In this document: piece after piece, positions 8,896 through 18,705 of the stretch
Position numbering within the stretch: position 1 is the first letter of the stretch
Layout: each line of letters starts with the position of its first letter
Origin: Candidatus Nanoarchaeia archaeon
Lineage (GTDB): Archaea > Nanobdellota > Nanobdellia > Woesearchaeales > UBA525
Reading direction: 5' to 3'
Assembly: GCA_028279755.1 (NCBI GenBank)
Contig: JANQNB010000011.1
Location: 4,501 to 68,500, forward strand
Length of the DNA: 64,000 nucleotides
The notes under the pieces: generated by a model
Seen by the model: only the letters and a program-made list of their open reading frames with translations
Told to the model about the DNA's origin: nothing
Databases searched by the model: none
Translations under genes and position numbers: made by a program

Positions 8896-10524
8896 ATGAA
8901 AATGACACTCAACACGCTGAACGACAAGGATCCCTGGGTTTTGGGTGAAGACATTCCTGATTGCGATCTGTTCTTCAACCAGATCTGGGCAAGCTGCTTC
9001 ACCAACGAATTTGCAGAGCCTGCTGGACGAGCGTATGCAAAGGTCATGACTGTCTTCAGGGATGGTTACCACCTCTGGTTCTACTTCGGCGAAAAAGACA
9101 GCAACGAAGTGGCTGAGACCATCCTCAAGAAATTCCTTGAAACACCAGACTTCACCACAGAACTCAATAAGCAAATAGTGGTAGAGGCGGACAAGCTCAG
9201 GAAGTGTGCAGAGGCACTCCCTGAGGAACGGCTTGAGGCCCTCAGTGACGAGGCGCTTGCCGACTTCCACGAAAATCATGATAAGGTACACACTGAGTAC
9301 TATCGCTTCTGTTGGGTGCCTGTGGCTGTTGACATGTTCCACAACAACTTTACGAATGCGATGAAGAATTATCTGGAGCAGAAAGGTTCTGGTGAGAAAC
9401 TCAACGAGCACTTCACTATCCTGACGCAGCCAACCCAGAAGAGCCTGATCCAGCAGGAACAAGAGGATTTCTTGGAAATAGCTGTCATGATCCAAGCCGA
9501 TTCGGAGCAACGGCAGTTGTTCAAAGAACTCTTCAAGCTATTCGAAGATCAAGAAGCAGGACCCTACGGTCTCCAGACGCATACTCCGGAATACGAGGAA
9601 TTGCTTGAGAAAAAGATGGATACTATCCGTCAAAAGATCTCCACAACCATCTTGAAAGCGGTTGAGAAGCATTATCAGAAATATTTCTATGTCAAATATA
9701 TGTATGTGGGGAAGGAGGGAGTTCACAGCTTTAACCACTACCTGAAAGAGCTCACCAAGTTCATCGGTAGAAACAGCGATGCCAAGGAGCTCCTCAATGA
9801 GAAACACAGCGAGATGGCGAAGAACATGCAGCTCCGCGACGAACTATTCAAAGAGCTTGACGTTGATGATGAGCATAAGACTCTGTTCGACGCTTTCGGC
9901 GACTTCATGGTCACCAAGATCTATCGACGGTACGCCCAGATCTATGCTTTGTACCGGATGAAACCGGTTCTTGCTGAAATAGCCAGACGCCTGGGCATCT
10001 CCGAGGAAGCAGCTCATTTCCTCCTGCCGAGCGAGGTTCGTCCAGCGCTGATCGAAAAGAAGTACAGCAAGGAAGAGCTGGAGCAACGAACCAAGTTCTG
10101 CGTCCACTACACTGAGAAAGACAACGAAGAGGTCTTCATCGGCGCAGAAGCTGAAAAACTTGCCAAGCTCACTGAACGAGAGATCGATCAGGACGTGAGT
10201 GAGCTGAGCGGCCAGACCGGCTGCATCGGCGCCGCAACAGGCGTTGTGAAGAAGATCTTCCGGCCAAGCGACATGTCTAAGATGAATGAAGGCGACATTC
10301 TCGTCTCGATCGCGACAGATCCGGACATCGTGCCGGCGATGAAGAAAGCGGCAGCGATCGTCACCGACCAGGGTGGCGTGACATCGCACGCTGCGATCGT
10401 CTCTCGTGAGCTCGGCATCCCGTGCGTGATCGGTACGAAGATCGCAAGCCAGGTGCTGAACGACGGCGATGTCGTCGAAGTTGATGCACACAAAGGTATT
10501 GTGAAAATTCTTGAGAAGGGCTAG
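8896..10524 (+). CDS. PEP-utilizer (swivelling phospho-His) domain protein with large helical N-terminal region; no ATP-grasp domain
   Basis: C-terminal AAAIVTDQGGVTSHAAIVSRELGIPCVIG. Confidence 0.85.
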   Translation: MKMTLNTLNDKDPWVLGEDIPDCDLFFNQIWASCFTNEFAEPAGRAYAKVMTVFRDGYHLWFYFGEKDSNEVAETILKKFLETPDFTTELNKQIVVEADKLRKCAEALPEERLEALSDEALADFHENHDKVHTEYYRFCWVPVAVDMFHNNFTNAMKNYLEQKGSGEKLNEHFTILTQPTQKSLIQQEQEDFLEIAVMIQADSEQRQLFKELFKLFEDQEAGPYGLQTHTPEYEELLEKKMDTIRQKISTTILKAVEKHYQKYFYVKYMYVGKEGVHSFNHYLKELTKFIGRNSDAKELLNEKHSEMAKNMQLRDELFKELDVDDEHKTLFDAFGDFMVTKIYRRYAQIYALYRMKPVLAEIARRLGISEEAAHFLLPSEVRPALIEKKYSKEELEQRTKFCVHYTEKDNEEVFIGAEAEKLAKLTEREIDQDVSELSGQTGCIGAATGVVKKIFRPSDMSKMNEGDILVSIATDPDIVPAMKKAAAIVTDQGGVTSHAAIVSRELGIPCVIGTKIASQVLNDGDVVEVDAHKGIVKILEKG

Positions 10525-10599
10525 TTCTTCGTAGAAAAGAACTCACTATTCAGTGATTATATTGAAAATTGTTATAAATATTGCTCGACTCTCATCTTT

Positions 10600-11112
10600 G
10601 TGAGAATCAAGGCTATTTTGGATCATCACCGCAGCAAGTTTCCACAAGACTGGCACCCTTCTTTGGATATATTCGCAATTTTGTATTCTGGCCGAGAGTT
10701 CGCTGATGAAATTGCCGATGAACTACGCCCCTTCACCGAAGGTGAAGTGCGTCGACTTGATCTCTTTCCTTCCCAGTCCCATTCTGATAAACAGCCCATG
10801 TATCTTGCAGATTCAATTCGAGAAGGAAGAATTCCTGCCGAAACAAGCTCGGAAGAGTTTGCGGCACAACGAGATCTCCGGGTAATGGGTGTCCCGAACC
10901 CTGAGAACATCGCAGTGTTAGCTGATAACTACATCTACGATGGCATAACAATGACTGTTTGCTTACGAGACATCTTCGCTTTTGGCTATCAGTTCGTCTA
11001 TTATTGCATCGAAAGCGCGTTTGATCCCTTTCGCGCAGGAATATATTACGTCGACACATTAGAACGTGTTAACAGGAACACATCGCGTCGATCGGACGAG
11101 AGAATCTCATGA
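10600..11112 (+). CDS. Hypothetical protein, degenerate type I phosphoribosyltransferase-like
   Basis: IFAILYSG...FADEIA and AVLADNYIYDGITM resemble PRTase motifs; TTATAAAT box upstream. Confidence 0.5.
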   Translation: MRIKAILDHHRSKFPQDWHPSLDIFAILYSGREFADEIADELRPFTEGEVRRLDLFPSQSHSDKQPMYLADSIREGRIPAETSSEEFAAQRDLRVMGVPNPENIAVLADNYIYDGITMTVCLRDIFAFGYQFVYYCIESAFDPFRAGIYYVDTLERVNRNTSRRSDERIS

Positions 11113-11125
11113 TGTGAAAGGAGCG

Positions 11126-13477
11126 CTATTTCAGGCTCGCCAGCTGGATGTCGTCATACAGCTCGCGAATGGTCGTGTACAGGACCTGCTTCTCGTGCGG
11201 CGTCAGGTCTTCCTTGTTGAAGCTCTCACGGATCTTATTGTACAACTCCCGGGCACGGTGCAGATTATCGGTCGCGAGATCCTGTCGTGCCTGGTCCAGC
11301 CAGGTGTAGATTTTCAGGTTCCGCACGCTATCAGGCTCTGGGGCCTCGCCGACCGTGTCAAGCTTGTCCTTGAGATAGCTGTGCATGCCTTCCTTCTCCA
11401 GCTTCTTCTCATGATCTTTGATGCTGTCCTCAGCCTCTTCGATGTACTTGGCGATCTTGCGACGCTCCTTCAGCTTCTCCTCAACCCTGGCCTCGGCGAC
11501 CTCCGCCTTCTTGATGCGTTCCTTGGCTTTCCGTTGCTCAGACTTGACGCTAGCCAGTTGCTTCTTCTCATGCGCTAGGAAGTCTTTTTTCTTCTTCTCG
11601 AAGTCTGACTTGTGCTGTTTGAACTCGGCTTGCTGCTTCTTGAGCACGCTCTCCTGCTTGGTCATGTCCTGTTCGCGCTTGTTCAGCTTGTCGCGAAGGG
11701 CGTTGACTTCTTTCTCCTTCTTCGAGACGCTCGCGCTCTTCCCGTTGAACGCTTTCTTCTCCTGCGCGAACGCGTCCCGCTCCTGATGGAACGTGGCGAT
11801 CTTCTCGTCGACAGTCTTGGCTTCTTCGAGCATGCCTTGCGCCTCATCACGCTCCTTCTCGAACCGTGCCTTTTCCTCGTTGATCGTGTTCTCCAGATTC
11901 TTGAGCGACTCCTGTTTCGCATTCCATTTCTCTTCCTGCTCAGCAACAGCGCTCTCGCGTTCCTCATACTTCTTCTTGAACGCCTCTTCCATGACCTGCA
12001 GGCGCTTGTCGTACTCTGACTTGTTCTCTTCTGCCTCACCCTGCAATTGCTCGAGCCGGTCACGCTCTGGCTGCAAGCGCTTCTCCAGTTCGGCAGCGAG
12101 TTGCTCTTCCACTTCCGCAGTGATGAGCTTCTTCTTGTCAGCGAGCTGCGCGGATTTCGCCTCAAGCTCTTCTTTCAATCCTGCGAGTTGCTGCTCGAGC
12201 TCTGCGGCGCGCCCGATCTTCTCGCCGCGTTTCTTCACGAGCTCGTCGAGCTTGCTCTCCTCTGTGCGGAACAAGTCCTCGATGTGGTGCTCGTGCTCTT
12301 CGAGAATCTGCAGGAGCTCTTCCCTGGCTTGCCCGTTCCGGGCCTGCTCAGCCAGCTTCTCCTCGTCGAGGACGTGCTGCAGCCATCCGGCAAAATCGTT
12401 CTTGTCTTCAGAAACGTGATACGCGAAGGTCTCATCATCGATGACCTTGAGCGCTTCCATGAGATCGCGAAGGTTCTTCAAATGGGTTCCGTTCTTCAGA
12501 ACGAACTCCTGGTGTTCTGGCACGCTGGCTTCGAGCGGATGTTCTGGGCTCGGAATCGCTTCTGGCTCGACAAGCTGGTGGAGCTCTTCGTCAAGCTTGC
12601 GATGCTCGTCCTCGAGCTCCTGGAAATGCTCCTGCGCGACCGAGCTGAACTCGACCTCGCCTTCCGGCTCTTCGGATGGCGGAGCAGGCCCTTCCTCTGC
12701 TTCTTCCGGCGGCGCTATCGGCGGCGCCATCGGTTCGTCATCGACCGACTCTTCCACTGGAGCTTTCGGCTCTGCTGGCGCTTCCGGGTGCTCGGTCCAT
12801 TCGCTTTCTCCCTCAGCGCTCGCTTGCTCTGGCGGCGCGTCCCACTCTGCAGGCTCGTGCGTCGCTGGCGCTTCAGTGGCCTCGACAGTTTCTGGCAGCT
12901 CGTGGCTTGTCGCGCTTGCCCAATGGCTGTCTGCTGGTGGTGCAGCTTCTTCTGCAACAGGTTCCTGCGGTTCGTTTGGTTCTTCCTGCGGTGCGCCCCA
13001 GTCCTGAATCTCGGGCTGCTCGCCTTCGATTGCTGGTGGAGCGTCAAAGTCTTCAGGCAAAGATTCTTCCATGATCGCGTTGGGTGGCGCTTCGATCGAG
13101 ATCGGCTCGTGTACCTCTGTCTCTTCTGGTGCCGGTACGTCGACGCGTTGCTCTGGTGCTTCCGCTGGCATTTCAGGCTCGGCTGGCGTTTCTTGTACCG
13201 TTTCTGCGGGTGGCATTTCGCTTGTGGCCTGTGGTGGTGCTTCGATAGGTGCTTGTTCTGCTGGCTGCTCGTCAATCCCGACCTTGCGGCGGATGTCATC
13301 GATATCGAAGGCCTGTTCTTCGAGCGGCGGCGAATCAAAGCTTGAGAGTTGTTGCTCAGGAGGTGGTGGTACATCAGCTTCCGGCTCTGCCTTGCGTTTG
13401 AACATCTTGGAGAAGAATCCCCGTTGCTCCTCAGCAGCGCCTGGAGCGCCTGGTGGAGCTATATCAAGAGCAGCCAT
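11126..13477 (-). CDS. Large protein: acidic Pro-rich disordered N-terminus, DUF5752-like domain, long coiled coil
   Basis: FVLKNG...NLRDL..AL..IDDETFAYHV....NDFAGWLQHVL; heptad-rich C-terminal half; GGGGGTG SD before ATG 13477. Confidence 0.8.
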   Translation of the reverse strand: MAALDIAPPGAPGAAEEQRGFFSKMFKRKAEPEADVPPPPEQQLSSFDSPPLEEQAFDIDDIRRKVGIDEQPAEQAPIEAPPQATSEMPPAETVQETPAEPEMPAEAPEQRVDVPAPEETEVHEPISIEAPPNAIMEESLPEDFDAPPAIEGEQPEIQDWGAPQEEPNEPQEPVAEEAAPPADSHWASATSHELPETVEATEAPATHEPAEWDAPPEQASAEGESEWTEHPEAPAEPKAPVEESVDDEPMAPPIAPPEEAEEGPAPPSEEPEGEVEFSSVAQEHFQELEDEHRKLDEELHQLVEPEAIPSPEHPLEASVPEHQEFVLKNGTHLKNLRDLMEALKVIDDETFAYHVSEDKNDFAGWLQHVLDEEKLAEQARNGQAREELLQILEEHEHHIEDLFRTEESKLDELVKKRGEKIGRAAELEQQLAGLKEELEAKSAQLADKKKLITAEVEEQLAAELEKRLQPERDRLEQLQGEAEENKSEYDKRLQVMEEAFKKKYEERESAVAEQEEKWNAKQESLKNLENTINEEKARFEKERDEAQGMLEEAKTVDEKIATFHQERDAFAQEKKAFNGKSASVSKKEKEVNALRDKLNKREQDMTKQESVLKKQQAEFKQHKSDFEKKKKDFLAHEKKQLASVKSEQRKAKERIKKAEVAEARVEEKLKERRKIAKYIEEAEDSIKDHEKKLEKEGMHSYLKDKLDTVGEAPEPDSVRNLKIYTWLDQARQDLATDNLHRARELYNKIRESFNKEDLTPHEKQVLYTTIRELYDDIQLASLK

Positions 13478-13617
13478 TGAAACATACACCCCCTTTGGCC
13501 AGTGGGTACACCGGGACGCTATTTAAACATTTTGTGATCACTCAAGAAGAGGGAAACGAATTATTTCTGTCGGGGGCCAGCGAAAGCGTTATAAGGAGAG
13601 TTGTGTCGACCCTCTGC

Positions 13618-13968
13618 ATGGATGAATCCATGGATTTCGCACCGTACATCGCATCTCTCCAGGACCGTATCAAGCGCCTCGAAGAGGATTTCGCGCGCAT
13701 GATTACAGAAGAGCACGAGCGTGAAGAGCGCATGGAAGAGAAGCACGCCTTATTGCGCCGCGAACGCGAACGTTTCCACGAAGAGATCCGCACAACTGAG
13801 AAACAGCTCATGGCGCTCATGAAAGAGACAGAGCAGCTTGTGCACGCCTTCAAGACCGCGACGCGACAGAAAGAATTCTCCCGGCTCAAGCAGCGCGTCG
13901 AAGCCTGGAAAGGAGAACGCTTCCTCACCAGGCACGAGCTCAAGCGCATGATCGGGGACGCGCCGTGA
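13618..13968 (+). CDS. Small coiled-coil hypothetical protein
   Basis: ORF with genome-typical codon usage, TTATAA box at ~13589. Confidence 0.65.
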   Translation: MDESMDFAPYIASLQDRIKRLEEDFARMITEEHEREERMEEKHALLRRERERFHEEIRTTEKQLMALMKETEQLVHAFKTATRQKEFSRLKQRVEAWKGERFLTRHELKRMIGDAP

Positions 13969-14022
13969 GTGGACATGTATTAAGACATAAGTTTTTTAAC
14001 TCGTTCTCGAAGCCCGCATCGC

Positions 14023-15237
14023 ATGCTGTCACCAGAGGCGAAAGCGGATCTTGAACGCCAGCAATACCGCGTTGTCGGCGAGCATTCAGCGGTCAAGACC
14101 TGCGGATGGACAAAGAACATGCTGCGCGGCAGGGGTGGCTGCTACAAACTCAAGTTCTACGGCATCATGAGCCATCAATGCCTACAGATGACCACCTCAA
14201 TCAGTTGTGCAAATCGCTGCATGTTCTGCTGGCGCGGCTACAAGGCGCCGGTGGCGAAAGAATGGAAATGGGGTGTGGACGATCCGCAGCTGATCCTCGA
14301 CGGCAGCGTTGAAGCGCATCACAAGCTATTGACTGGCTTCGGCGGCCATGACGAAGTGCTCAAGCAGGTCTACGAACAGAGCAAAGAAGTGAAGCACGTC
14401 GCACTCTCACTCACCGGGGAACCAATCATTTACCCAAAAATAAATGAGCTGATTACATTGTTTGATGGGGAAGGGATAAGTACTTTCATGGTGACGAACG
14501 CGCAATATCCGGACGCGATCAAGAATCTCGCGCCAGTCACGCAATTGTACATTTCCTTGGATGCGCCGAACAAGGCTCTGCTGAAGAAAGTGGATGTCCC
14601 CTTGTTCGATGATTATTGGGAGCGATTGAATCAAAGTCTTAAGGAGTTGGCCAAGAAAAAGCAACGGACCTGCATCCGGATCACTGCAATTAAGGGTCTG
14701 AACATGATTGAGCCAGAGAACTATGCTGCGCTGATCGTGAAAGGCGTGCCTGACTTCATCGAGATCAAAAGCTACATGCATGTCGGCGCGTCGCGGAAGT
14801 TCCTGGGCCAGGAGAACATGCCTTTGCACGAAGAGATCGTCGCGTTCACGAAAGAGATTCTCGAGCATTTGCCTGGCTATGAGATTGTCAGTGAGCACAT
14901 TCCAAGCCGTGTTGTTATGGTGGCAAGGAAAAAGTTCAAGAAAAAAGAGAAGAATGGCGATGAATCCTGGCACACGTGGATCGATTTCGACAAATACAAG
15001 GACTTGGCGTTGTCAGGGAAGGATTTTGCGGTTGACGATTACCTGAAAGAAACCCCGCGCGCATCGGTCGGCCTGAGCGGGAAGGGGACGCCGAGCAAGG
15101 AGGAGAGCATTGCCCAACGCAAGCAGCAGAAAGCACGCCAGCTCGCTCTTACGCAACAGGAGCAGGACGCGACTGTGGATGAGACGACGCAGGAACTCGA
15201 ATTCTACGACACAGAGCTTGATGATGAAGGCTGCTGA
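14023..15237 (+). CDS. taw1: 4-demethylwyosine synthase Tyw1/Taw1 (radical SAM)
   Basis: HSAVKTCGW, CYKLKFYGI.SHQC, CANRCMFCWR, SLTGEP. Confidence 0.95.
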   Translation: MLSPEAKADLERQQYRVVGEHSAVKTCGWTKNMLRGRGGCYKLKFYGIMSHQCLQMTTSISCANRCMFCWRGYKAPVAKEWKWGVDDPQLILDGSVEAHHKLLTGFGGHDEVLKQVYEQSKEVKHVALSLTGEPIIYPKINELITLFDGEGISTFMVTNAQYPDAIKNLAPVTQLYISLDAPNKALLKKVDVPLFDDYWERLNQSLKELAKKKQRTCIRITAIKGLNMIEPENYAALIVKGVPDFIEIKSYMHVGASRKFLGQENMPLHEEIVAFTKEILEHLPGYEIVSEHIPSRVVMVARKKFKKKEKNGDESWHTWIDFDKYKDLALSGKDFAVDDYLKETPRASVGLSGKGTPSKEESIAQRKQQKARQLALTQQEQDATVDETTQELEFYDTELDDEGC

Positions 15238-15297
15238 GCCTTCAGACAGCCAAAAGAACCAAAATAGTTATTAATAAGTAGTAACATTCCAAGATCC

Positions 15298-16289
15298 ATG
15301 GAGAGAGAAGAACTGCTGAACTGGCTTGCGTCGCGCGGCGTGCCGAATCCCGCGCTGCAGCTCTCACGATGTGTCGAAGATCTGGAAGCAACCTCGCCAG
15401 AGAGTACCACGACGCACCACGAGGGAGACTGAGCAGTACCCAATTCTGGAAACATCTGCTTCCGCTTGCGTTGGAATTCGAAACCGCAACAATTGAACAG
15501 TGCGCGCGTGAATACCTCACACATAGCTCCATGGACCTGAGCGTGAATATCATGGCTGCCTTGCAGTTCTTACCGCTCTGGAACGGAACCAAGGCGGATG
15601 TCGACCAGCTACTGAGGAAGACGGCAGGAGATGGCGTCGCTCTCACCGTGGCATTGACTGCAGACCAGCTTCCCCCGCTTGAGGCCAAGCTCGAGAAAAA
15701 ACTGCGAAAGCAGTTCTCGCTTCCGATGTTGGCGAGCCTGGGCCCGAAGGATAAGCCGCCTGCTGGACCCACATATGTCACTGATCGCGTCACGAGCTGG
15801 CGACTCCAATACTTGTTCAAGAAAACCTGCCCGAGCACAGAAAAGTACTTCCGCCAAGCCCTGGATCCCAAGAGCCAGGAGATGGCTTCAGCACTCGTAC
15901 GGATCGATGGTGTCGTTGTCGGCGTCATCAAGAACTTCCAGCACAACCTGTTCCTCGGACTGCAGAACGTGAGGGATTCGGATGGCCGCTATCCGATCGT
16001 GCGCGGCGGCGTGTACATGGTGCCCGGGGATGGAAGAGATGAGATGTTCAAGCAAGTTTCTCATGTCCGACCGCATGTCATTATCGATATACCTCAGCTC
16101 TGGTTGTATCCTCAGCGACGCATACGCCATGGCATCAGGAGCCGGTTCTATTCCCGAAGGAAATTCCACGAGCTCGCGACCGCGCTTGTCGCTGAACACA
16201 GCAATCCAGCATACAGAGAAGGAGAGGGTGAGAATATGGTCTTCAGATCGTCGCACTCCCAGGACGCTTCTCCTTCGCCTCAGTCTTAA
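15298..16289 (+). pseudogene. Orphan gene with an apparent single frameshift near 15390 (or a sequencing error)
   Basis: Promoter-proximal ATG 15298 opens MEREELLNWL...DLEAT, which stops after 44 aa; the long frame continues LAREYHD... to 16289. Confidence 0.5.
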
Positions 16290-17193
16290 GAACTTTCTCG
16301 AGCGCGGCGATGCCGACTTCCAGTTGCTTCAGATCCGGCTCTCTTGTGGTCAGGGCTTGCACTGCCATGCCTGGCGCGCTGATGAAGCGCACGAAACGGC
16401 TCTTGCTGTAGCACCTGCCAGCGATGCGGATCCATTCGTACACGATGCCAGCGATGACTGGCAGGAGCAGGATGCGCAGGAGGTACTTCATCCAGAAACC
16501 ACTCCCGAACGGGATGAGCAGGTAGAGGAAGATCGAGAGAACAAAGACGTACACGACGAAAGTGGTGCCGCAGCGTGCTTGCTTCTTGGTGAACTTCTTC
16601 GCGTTCCTCGGCGTCAGCTTCTTTCCTGCCTCATAGCAATTGACTGCTTTATGCTCAGCGCCGTGATACTGGAACAGGCGCTTCACATCCTTCATGAAGG
16701 AGATCAGCACGATGTACAGGATGAAGATAGCGAACTTGATCACACCGTCGAGGATGTTCAGCATCCAATTGCCGCCCGCAGCCTTGTTCGTGATGACAGT
16801 CGCCAAAAACAAGGGCAGGAGCTTGAACAGCGCGAGCGCGAGCACGATGCTGAAGATCAGCGTCAATGCGATCTCCCAGCCGGTGAGCTTCTCCTCCTCT
16901 TCGCCCAAGGCTTCGTTCGCACTCCAATTGAGTTCGCGCAAACCGATGATCATGGTCTCGAACAGGACGATCACGCCGCGGACAAAGGGCACTTTGTCCA
17001 GCTTGGTGCGCTCTGCAAAGCTGCGCTCCTTGCGATGCCGGATCGAGATCTTGCCGTTCGCCTTCCTGACAGCAGTGGCGAGATGATGCTTGCTCTTCAT
17101 CATGACCCCTTCCATGACTGCCTGGCCGCCGATCAGGAGCGGTGCCTGCTTCGCGCCGGCAATGAAGGCTGAGAAACGACGTGCGATTCGCAT
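16243..17193 (-). CDS. DUF1385 family membrane protein (predicted metal-dependent)
   Basis: IGGQAVMEGVMM, FQYHGAEHK, RCGTTF, Q.LTTREP. Confidence 0.9.
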   Translation of the reverse strand: MRIARRFSAFIAGAKQAPLLIGGQAVMEGVMMKSKHHLATAVRKANGKISIRHRKERSFAERTKLDKVPFVRGVIVLFETMIIGLRELNWSANEALGEEEEKLTGWEIALTLIFSIVLALALFKLLPLFLATVITNKAAGGNWMLNILDGVIKFAIFILYIVLISFMKDVKRLFQYHGAEHKAVNCYEAGKKLTPRNAKKFTKKQARCGTTFVVYVFVLSIFLYLLIPFGSGFWMKYLLRILLLPVIAGIVYEWIRIAGRCYSKSRFVRFISAPGMAVQALTTREPDLKQLEVGIAALEKVLKTEAKEKRPGSATI

Positions 17194-17245
17194 CACGCCT
17201 GTGAAAGGGGTCATCTTTATAAAAATACCCTTGATTGCAAACACC

Positions 17246-17551
17246 ATGACAGCACGCATCGACACTGTTGACGATTCCAAGCTCGATAAGTATTTTACGA
17301 TCAGCGAGGAAGCGTTCGCAAAAGCCAAAGCTGCGATCGATGACTCGACACCAGAACGGAAAGCGCAGGCCCTGGACTTCCTCAACATGGCGCAGTGCTA
17401 TATCGAGGATGCGAAGCACTTCAGGGAAGAAGGGCAGTATCTCAACGCGTACGGCGCCCTGAACTACGCGCACGGCTGGCTCGACGCTGGCGCGCGCCTG
17501 CAGCTCTTCAAGGTGAAAGATTCCCGCTTGTTCACTGTCGACGACGAATGA
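17246..17551 (+). CDS. DUF357 family protein
   Basis: MAQCYIEDAKHF...A.GALNYAHGWLDAGARL. Confidence 0.9.
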   Translation: MTARIDTVDDSKLDKYFTISEEAFAKAKAAIDDSTPERKAQALDFLNMAQCYIEDAKHFREEGQYLNAYGALNYAHGWLDAGARLQLFKVKDSRLFTVDDE

Positions 17552-17595
17552 ATATATAACAGAAAAAAGATTCATAAAAAACGTTTTGGCATGCG

Positions 17596-17988
17596 TTACT
17601 TCTTTTCCAACGCGCACTTCCCTGGGCCAGTCCATGCAAGCCAGAGGTTGCCGGCCACGATCAAGAGGTCGCGCTCAAGCCCAGCAGGCAAGAGCTTGCC
17701 AGCTTTGACAGCACCTGGAATCTGGACACCGAGTATCGCGACCACGATGATCAGCGCGAGACCGTAGTTCGCCCACTTGTGCCAGAACCCGATCAGGATC
17801 AGGACCGCGCCGACGACTTCTGCGATGCCCACGATCGGGCCGAGAAAGCCGGGAAAGCCCATGCTCACGAACTTGTCGAACGCCATCCCCCACTGGAATG
17901 CCTTGGGTATGCCGTGGTAGAGGAAGATCGCTGCGATAACGATGCGCATCACCAGCGGTCCCCAATCCGCACAACTGCATTTCTTCAT
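17596..17988 (-). CDS. DoxX family membrane protein
   Basis: RIVIAAIFLYHGIPK, AEVVGAVLILIG, C-terminal GPGK; start codon ambiguous within +/-9 nt. Confidence 0.85.
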   Translation of the reverse strand: MKKCSCADWGPLVMRIVIAAIFLYHGIPKAFQWGMAFDKFVSMGFPGFLGPIVGIAEVVGAVLILIGFWHKWANYGLALIIVVAILGVQIPGAVKAGKLLPAGLERDLLIVAGNLWLAWTGPGKCALEKK

Positions 17989-18116
17989 AATCATCACCCC
18001 GTGTTAGGCGAATACACGCGCAGCTCAATTTAAACATGCTGTTTGAACTCAAAAGAACATGTTGTGTTCACGGCTGGGAAAACATTTATAAGAAACTTGA
18101 CCACTCACAAGTAGTC

Positions 18117-18671
18117 ATGATTCGACGTCTCCTTGGCAGGAAGCGGCCACAGCGCACTGCGCCTGAATCAGTGCTGGAAATCTCCTGCAACAGAGAGCTC
18201 ACGCCTGTTACTGCAGAAGCCTCCATCACTGCTGCTGACGGCTGGTGGACGTACACCATCAAAGCTGCTGACTACACCTTGCCTGACGGACATTTCTTTG
18301 GGGGGAAACGCAAAGGAAGACCTGAAAAACAACCAGACGTCGCAGTCCTGGACCCGCCGCGAGGGCTCTCAGCCTTGCACCTCTTCTTCGCATGGCAATC
18401 CTACCCTGCTGGAGGTCCAGTGGGTGCTCGGCCGGGTGACTGGTGGGTATTCAATATCGGCGCCCTCCCCTTGTGGAATGAGCGTGAGGAAACTGCCTTG
18501 ATGCATCCGGGTTACAGCACGAGAAAACGATGCGGGAAAACGCGTACAGGACTGGGCGACTATGCGTACCATGAAACTCAGGAACCTTTCCAGATCCGCG
18601 AACTGATTGAAGTGGAACTCCTGTACAAGATGGCCGGACTCAAGATCCGCATGACACCGCAACCCTTATAA
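18117..18671 (+). CDS. Hypothetical protein, possible degenerate FHA-like domain
   Basis: G..R....D.....LSALH...W.V.N pattern; TTTATAA box ~26 nt upstream. Confidence 0.5.
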   Translation: MIRRLLGRKRPQRTAPESVLEISCNRELTPVTAEASITAADGWWTYTIKAADYTLPDGHFFGGKRKGRPEKQPDVAVLDPPRGLSALHLFFAWQSYPAGGPVGARPGDWWVFNIGALPLWNEREETALMHPGYSTRKRCGKTRTGLGDYAYHETQEPFQIRELIEVELLYKMAGLKIRMTPQPL

Positions 18672-18705
18672 ACCACGTTCTCACAGGTTTTTCAGAGGTG
18701 ATACC

